Shown here in pieces: positions 60,101 to 64,000 of a stretch of DNA of 64,000 bases. The notes beneath the pieces were generated by a model, which did not search any database, was not told the origin of the DNA, and saw nothing but the letters and a program-made list of their open reading frames with translations. A program made the position numbers and the translations under genes. Source of the stretch: Gnetum montanum (Eukaryota; Plantae; Gnetophyta). Positions within the stretch are counted from its first letter, which is position 1, and each line of letters starts with the position of its first letter. The stretch is from the NCBI GenBank assembly GCA_015680685.1, contig MNCI01002612.1, forward strand, positions 348,514-412,513. Direction: 5' to 3'.

Positions 60101-62860
60101 TGTCCATCGGTTTGGAATATATGACCCTCGAAAATGGAAAACCAGTGATCATTAACACAAGACTTGTTCCTAAACAAAAAGAAAGACTACTAAAAGTGAT
60201 AAAAAAGTGGTCCAAATCCTTTGCCTGGTCATACCCTGAGTTAACTGGAATAGATCCTAGGATATGCCAGCATAGGATTTACACTGACCCCTCCATGAAA
60301 CCTCGAAAACAACCGTAGAGGCGATTGAATCCAAAATTGAAGCAAATAGTAAAAGAAGAAATAGAATAGCTTCTTAAGACTGGGTTCATGTATCCCATTG
60401 TTGATAGCGAATGGGTTAGCCCTCTGGTGATCATGCCTAAAAAGGGAGGCAAATGGAGAATGTGTATAGATTTTAGGCTACTGAGCATGGCAACATTTAA
60501 GGATCACTTTCCATTGCCATTGGTTGACCAAGTATTAGACACCATAGCAAGGCATTGCTATTATAGTTTTCTACATGGCTATAGTGGATACAACCAAATA
60601 TAGATAGCCCCAAAAGATTAAGCCAAGACAACGTTCACCAACCCTTGGGGAACGTTTGCATATAAACAAATGTTGTTTGGCTTGTGTAATGCTCCTGCCA
60701 CATTTCAATGTCTAGTGCTAAGCATATTCCAACAGTAGATAGGAAATAGAGTGGAAGTCTTTATGGATGACATCTCCACTTATGGAACAAGTTTTGACCA
60801 AGCCTTGGACCGATTAGAGCAAGTGCTGAAAAGATGTGTAGAAACTAACTTAAGGCTCAACTAGTAGAAAATCCATTTAATGGTCTAAGAAGGCATAGTA
60901 CTTGGGCATAAGGTTTCACATTTAGGAATAGAGGTAGACGCAGATAAAGTTAGGGTCATCCAAGGAATTACCCATCAACCAGAAACTATCAAAGACATTC
61001 GGTCATTATAGGAGATTCATTGAGAACTTCTCTAAGATTGCCAAACCATTGGTAGAGCTAACAAAGAAGGACGCACCATTCGAATGGACCAGGGAATGTG
61101 AATGAGCATCCCAGGCTCTGAAACAAAAGCTTGTAGAAACTCCCATTCTACAAGCTCCTGACTAGTTCAGACCATTCCATATAATGACTAACACATCTAA
61201 TTATGCCTTAGGAGCTGTACTTACACAGTTAGATGACCAAAAAAATCCTTACTACATCCATTGTGCAATTAGGAGTATCGTCGGTGCACAACTTAACTAC
61301 ATAACTACAGAAAAAGAATTAATTGTTGTAGTGTTTGCACTGGATAAGTTTAGACACTATGTGCTAGGTTACAAAGTGTTCATCCATACGGATCATAGCG
61401 CAATCCAGTTCCTCATGAACAAGCCAATGGTTAGCCCTTGTATTATACGATGGCTGGTAATTCTATAGGAGTTCGATCTAACAATGATTGATCGAAAGAG
61501 CATCGAGAACGTAGTTGCAGATCACTTATCTCGGTTGCATTGGGACAGCAAAGAGGATGAATATGTAATGTCTAATCATTTTCCCGATGAGGCCCTCTTT
61601 GCCAGTGTAGTGAACAACCAACCCATGGAAACAAACTAGTATAGTAGCATTCTCACCTATCTCCTTACCCAAAAAACACCACAGTAGCTAGATTTTAGGA
61701 AGAAATAATAATTTCTTCACAGAGCCAAGTACTTCATGGAGATCAATGGACAACTTTACAAAGTGTCATGATGGCTTGGTTTGATGGTGTGTGCTCGAGG
61801 TGGATCAACTAAGAGTTCTCCAAGATGCTCATGAGGGTCCTTGTGGAGGTTACTATGCGAGGAGACAAATGGCTATTAAGATCTTCCTTGTAGGGTATTA
61901 CTGGCCAACATTATTTCCGGATGCCCATCAATTTGTTTGATCTTGTGAGCGTTGCCAACGTGATGGTGGAATAACTACTAGAATGAAGGATCTGCAACAA
62001 TGGATTCAACCTTTAGAACCCTTCAACATTTGGGGAATAGACTTTATGGGGCCCATTACACTAATGTCCAATGGAAAAGCTTACATCATTGTTGCCATAG
62101 ACTATTTAACACAATGTCATGAAGCAACTGCTATTACAGACTACACATCATCTACAGCTACACGATTTGTGCAACAACAAATCATAAATAGGTTTGGTGT
62201 GCCACGTGCACTTATCTTGGATAATGGAACACACTTCACAAGTGCAACTTTTTGGAAGTTAATGCAACGCTTAGGGGTTGAACGTAAATTGACTACACCT
62301 TATCACCCCCAAGCTAATGGAAAAGCCGAGGTCACTAACAGGGAGATCAGTAAAATATTGACAAGGATAATTAGCAAGTATAGGCAAGATTGGAGCACTA
62401 AACTGAATGATGCTCTTTGGGCATATCGCTCCACTTGGAAACTCCCTATAGGTTACTCTCCCTATGAGTTAGTGTATGGAAAAATTCCAAAGCTTCCAAT
62501 TCAAATCGAGCTCCATACACTATCCATGACTTGTGACCTCCACCTCGACCTTGATCTAGCACAAAAATAAAGGTTGGCAACTTTAAATGTTCTAGACGAA
62601 AATCGATTAGCTATCCCATCATCAAATGAGTTGCACAAGGCATATAACAAGTAATGCCATGACTTGAAAATTTGAAAGGTTAAGTAACAACTAGGAGATA
62701 AGGTTCTCTATTAGAACCCCACACATGTGCCACAACGCACAAAATTTCAAACATTGTGGAAAGGACCTTACATTATTCATACAACCTTTCCTTCAGGGAC
62801 CATGACCATATACAAACCTGAGAGCCCTGATAAGAGATTACTACTCAATGTGCAATAGAC
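57200..62860 (+). pseudogene. gag-pol: Gypsy gag-pol with stops and frameshifts
   Basis: DPQNHLQAFHDAC/KLFPRTL (gag), with an Arg/Ser/His-rich N-terminal extension; ALLDSGSRVNL/IIMGRAWL (PR); WVSPLVIMPKKGGKWRMCIDFR, GYSGYNQI, VFMDD (RT); TTEKELIVVVFALDKFRHY, TDHSAI (RH); WGIDFMGP, DNGTHF, YHPQANGKAE (INT). Confidence 0.93.
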
Positions 62861-64000
62861 CAAACCCCTCCATGAACTTAGAACGACCAGTGCACATAAT
62901 ACCTCCAAGAGGGGATGACCCCATTCATTATTTCAGATCTCCTCTTCTCAACACAGTCATGGGGGAGATGGCCACCTCTGTTGATCAAATGAGGCACTCA
63001 ATTCCTTTTTTAAGTTTTTGTTTTACACATTTTTTTAAATTTTTTTTAACTTTCCTTGTTTTTGTTTTACAACATCGTTCATACTTTTTCATTTCTTTGT
63101 GTGCTTGTTGTTTTGTTAGGTTCGTCACCTAATAAGTGCTCCTGATGGTGGTATGAACTGTATTTCATTGATTACTAATATTTGGTTTTTACCTTTGAGT
63201 TATAATGTTGGTACTAAGGTATGGTTCTTTTGATATAATAGGTAATGAGTCCACATCATCCATGCATCCATGAATTTCTATGGTCTCTCTTAGCTTGGAA
63301 CTGTACAGTCCTTTTCTTTAAATAATAGAACTATCAACGAATTGGTGACTGGGCATTTCTCAAACTGAGGAAGGACTCAAGGATTGAAAAGGGTATGACT
63401 TCAAGGGGATTTGATGCATTTTTACTGGCCATTCTCTTGGGTGCTTGAATTTTTTCTTCTTGGGTTTTCCTTACCATTCCGACGTTGCTCCATTATCGGG
63501 AAGCTGAGCTAATAAAAATAATAAGACTTTGCATGGTGTGGTTCTCACACAAAAAATAAAATAAAAAAGAGAGAGTGAGAATTCAAAGCACACTCCTTAG
63601 ACAAAATAATCATATGGGCTACATGCACTAGTTATGGAACTAAACAAACATGTTCCCTCTAACTAAGGCCCTCTCTCACTTCCTACTCTTTCCCTTCTTA
63701 TTTCTTTAGAATGGTGGTGACTCTTTGGCGGAAGCATTCTTGTTACTTCAAGTGGATGGATTGGCCAAGAGTATTCATGTGAAGTCACTAGCTGTGGATT
63801 GTTTGAGGTTAGATTTGGAATGAGATCTACTAAGTCACATTAACCATAAATACACTAGGGGCTGTACACCACCTTGTTCTTAGGACTCCATTCCATTCTC
63901 TTCTCCTCATCATTCTTTCTCCTGTTCCACCTCATTGTCGGTTGTACTAGTAGTCTATATTTTGGTGGATACATTATTTTCTTTTTGGTAAATTCTTGTG

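Larger units (their letters stand above)
55818..64000 (+). mobile_element. Athila-type Ty3/Gypsy LTR retrotransposon with gag-pol, degenerate, extends past the window
   Basis: 5' LTR, tRNA-Asp-type PBS TAGCACTGTTGCAGGGGA (56615-56632), gag-PR-RT-RH-INT, long 3' non-coding region. Confidence 0.92.

Overview
Plant nuclear DNA, heterochromatin-like. One host gene lies at the left end: a GC-rich G-type lectin S-domain receptor-like kinase (minus strand, about 4152-1384, two exons) whose kinase DFG motif is destroyed by a frameshifting deletion. The rest is a stack of decayed, nested transposons. In order: an RTE LINE fragment (1-445); a probable DNA-transposon background with a dead Ulp1-protease gene and a convergent partner gene (about 6.8-26.5 kb); a gag-only Athila-type LTR element (10663-16593); a SIRE-type Copia (about 17542-23588); a ~262-bp satellite array (26855-30080, resuming 47885-48084) split by a 17.8-kb Tat-type Gypsy (30081-47884); a degenerate Athila-family solo LTR; the 3' LTR of a second SIRE; and a gag-pol Athila element running off the right edge (55818-64000). 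Two observations stand out. First, the Tat element has its protease and RT separated by ~6 kb that carries a multi-exon antisense gene with clear splice signals. Second, an A-B-A'-B' pseudoknot-like pairing with compensatory sequence changes is conserved in four Athila-family LTR copies. All alignments and translations were done by eye, coordinates of degenerate features are approximate, and family assignments rest on remembered motifs, not database searches. Assembly gaps: 12364-12380, 17551, 40034-40748.
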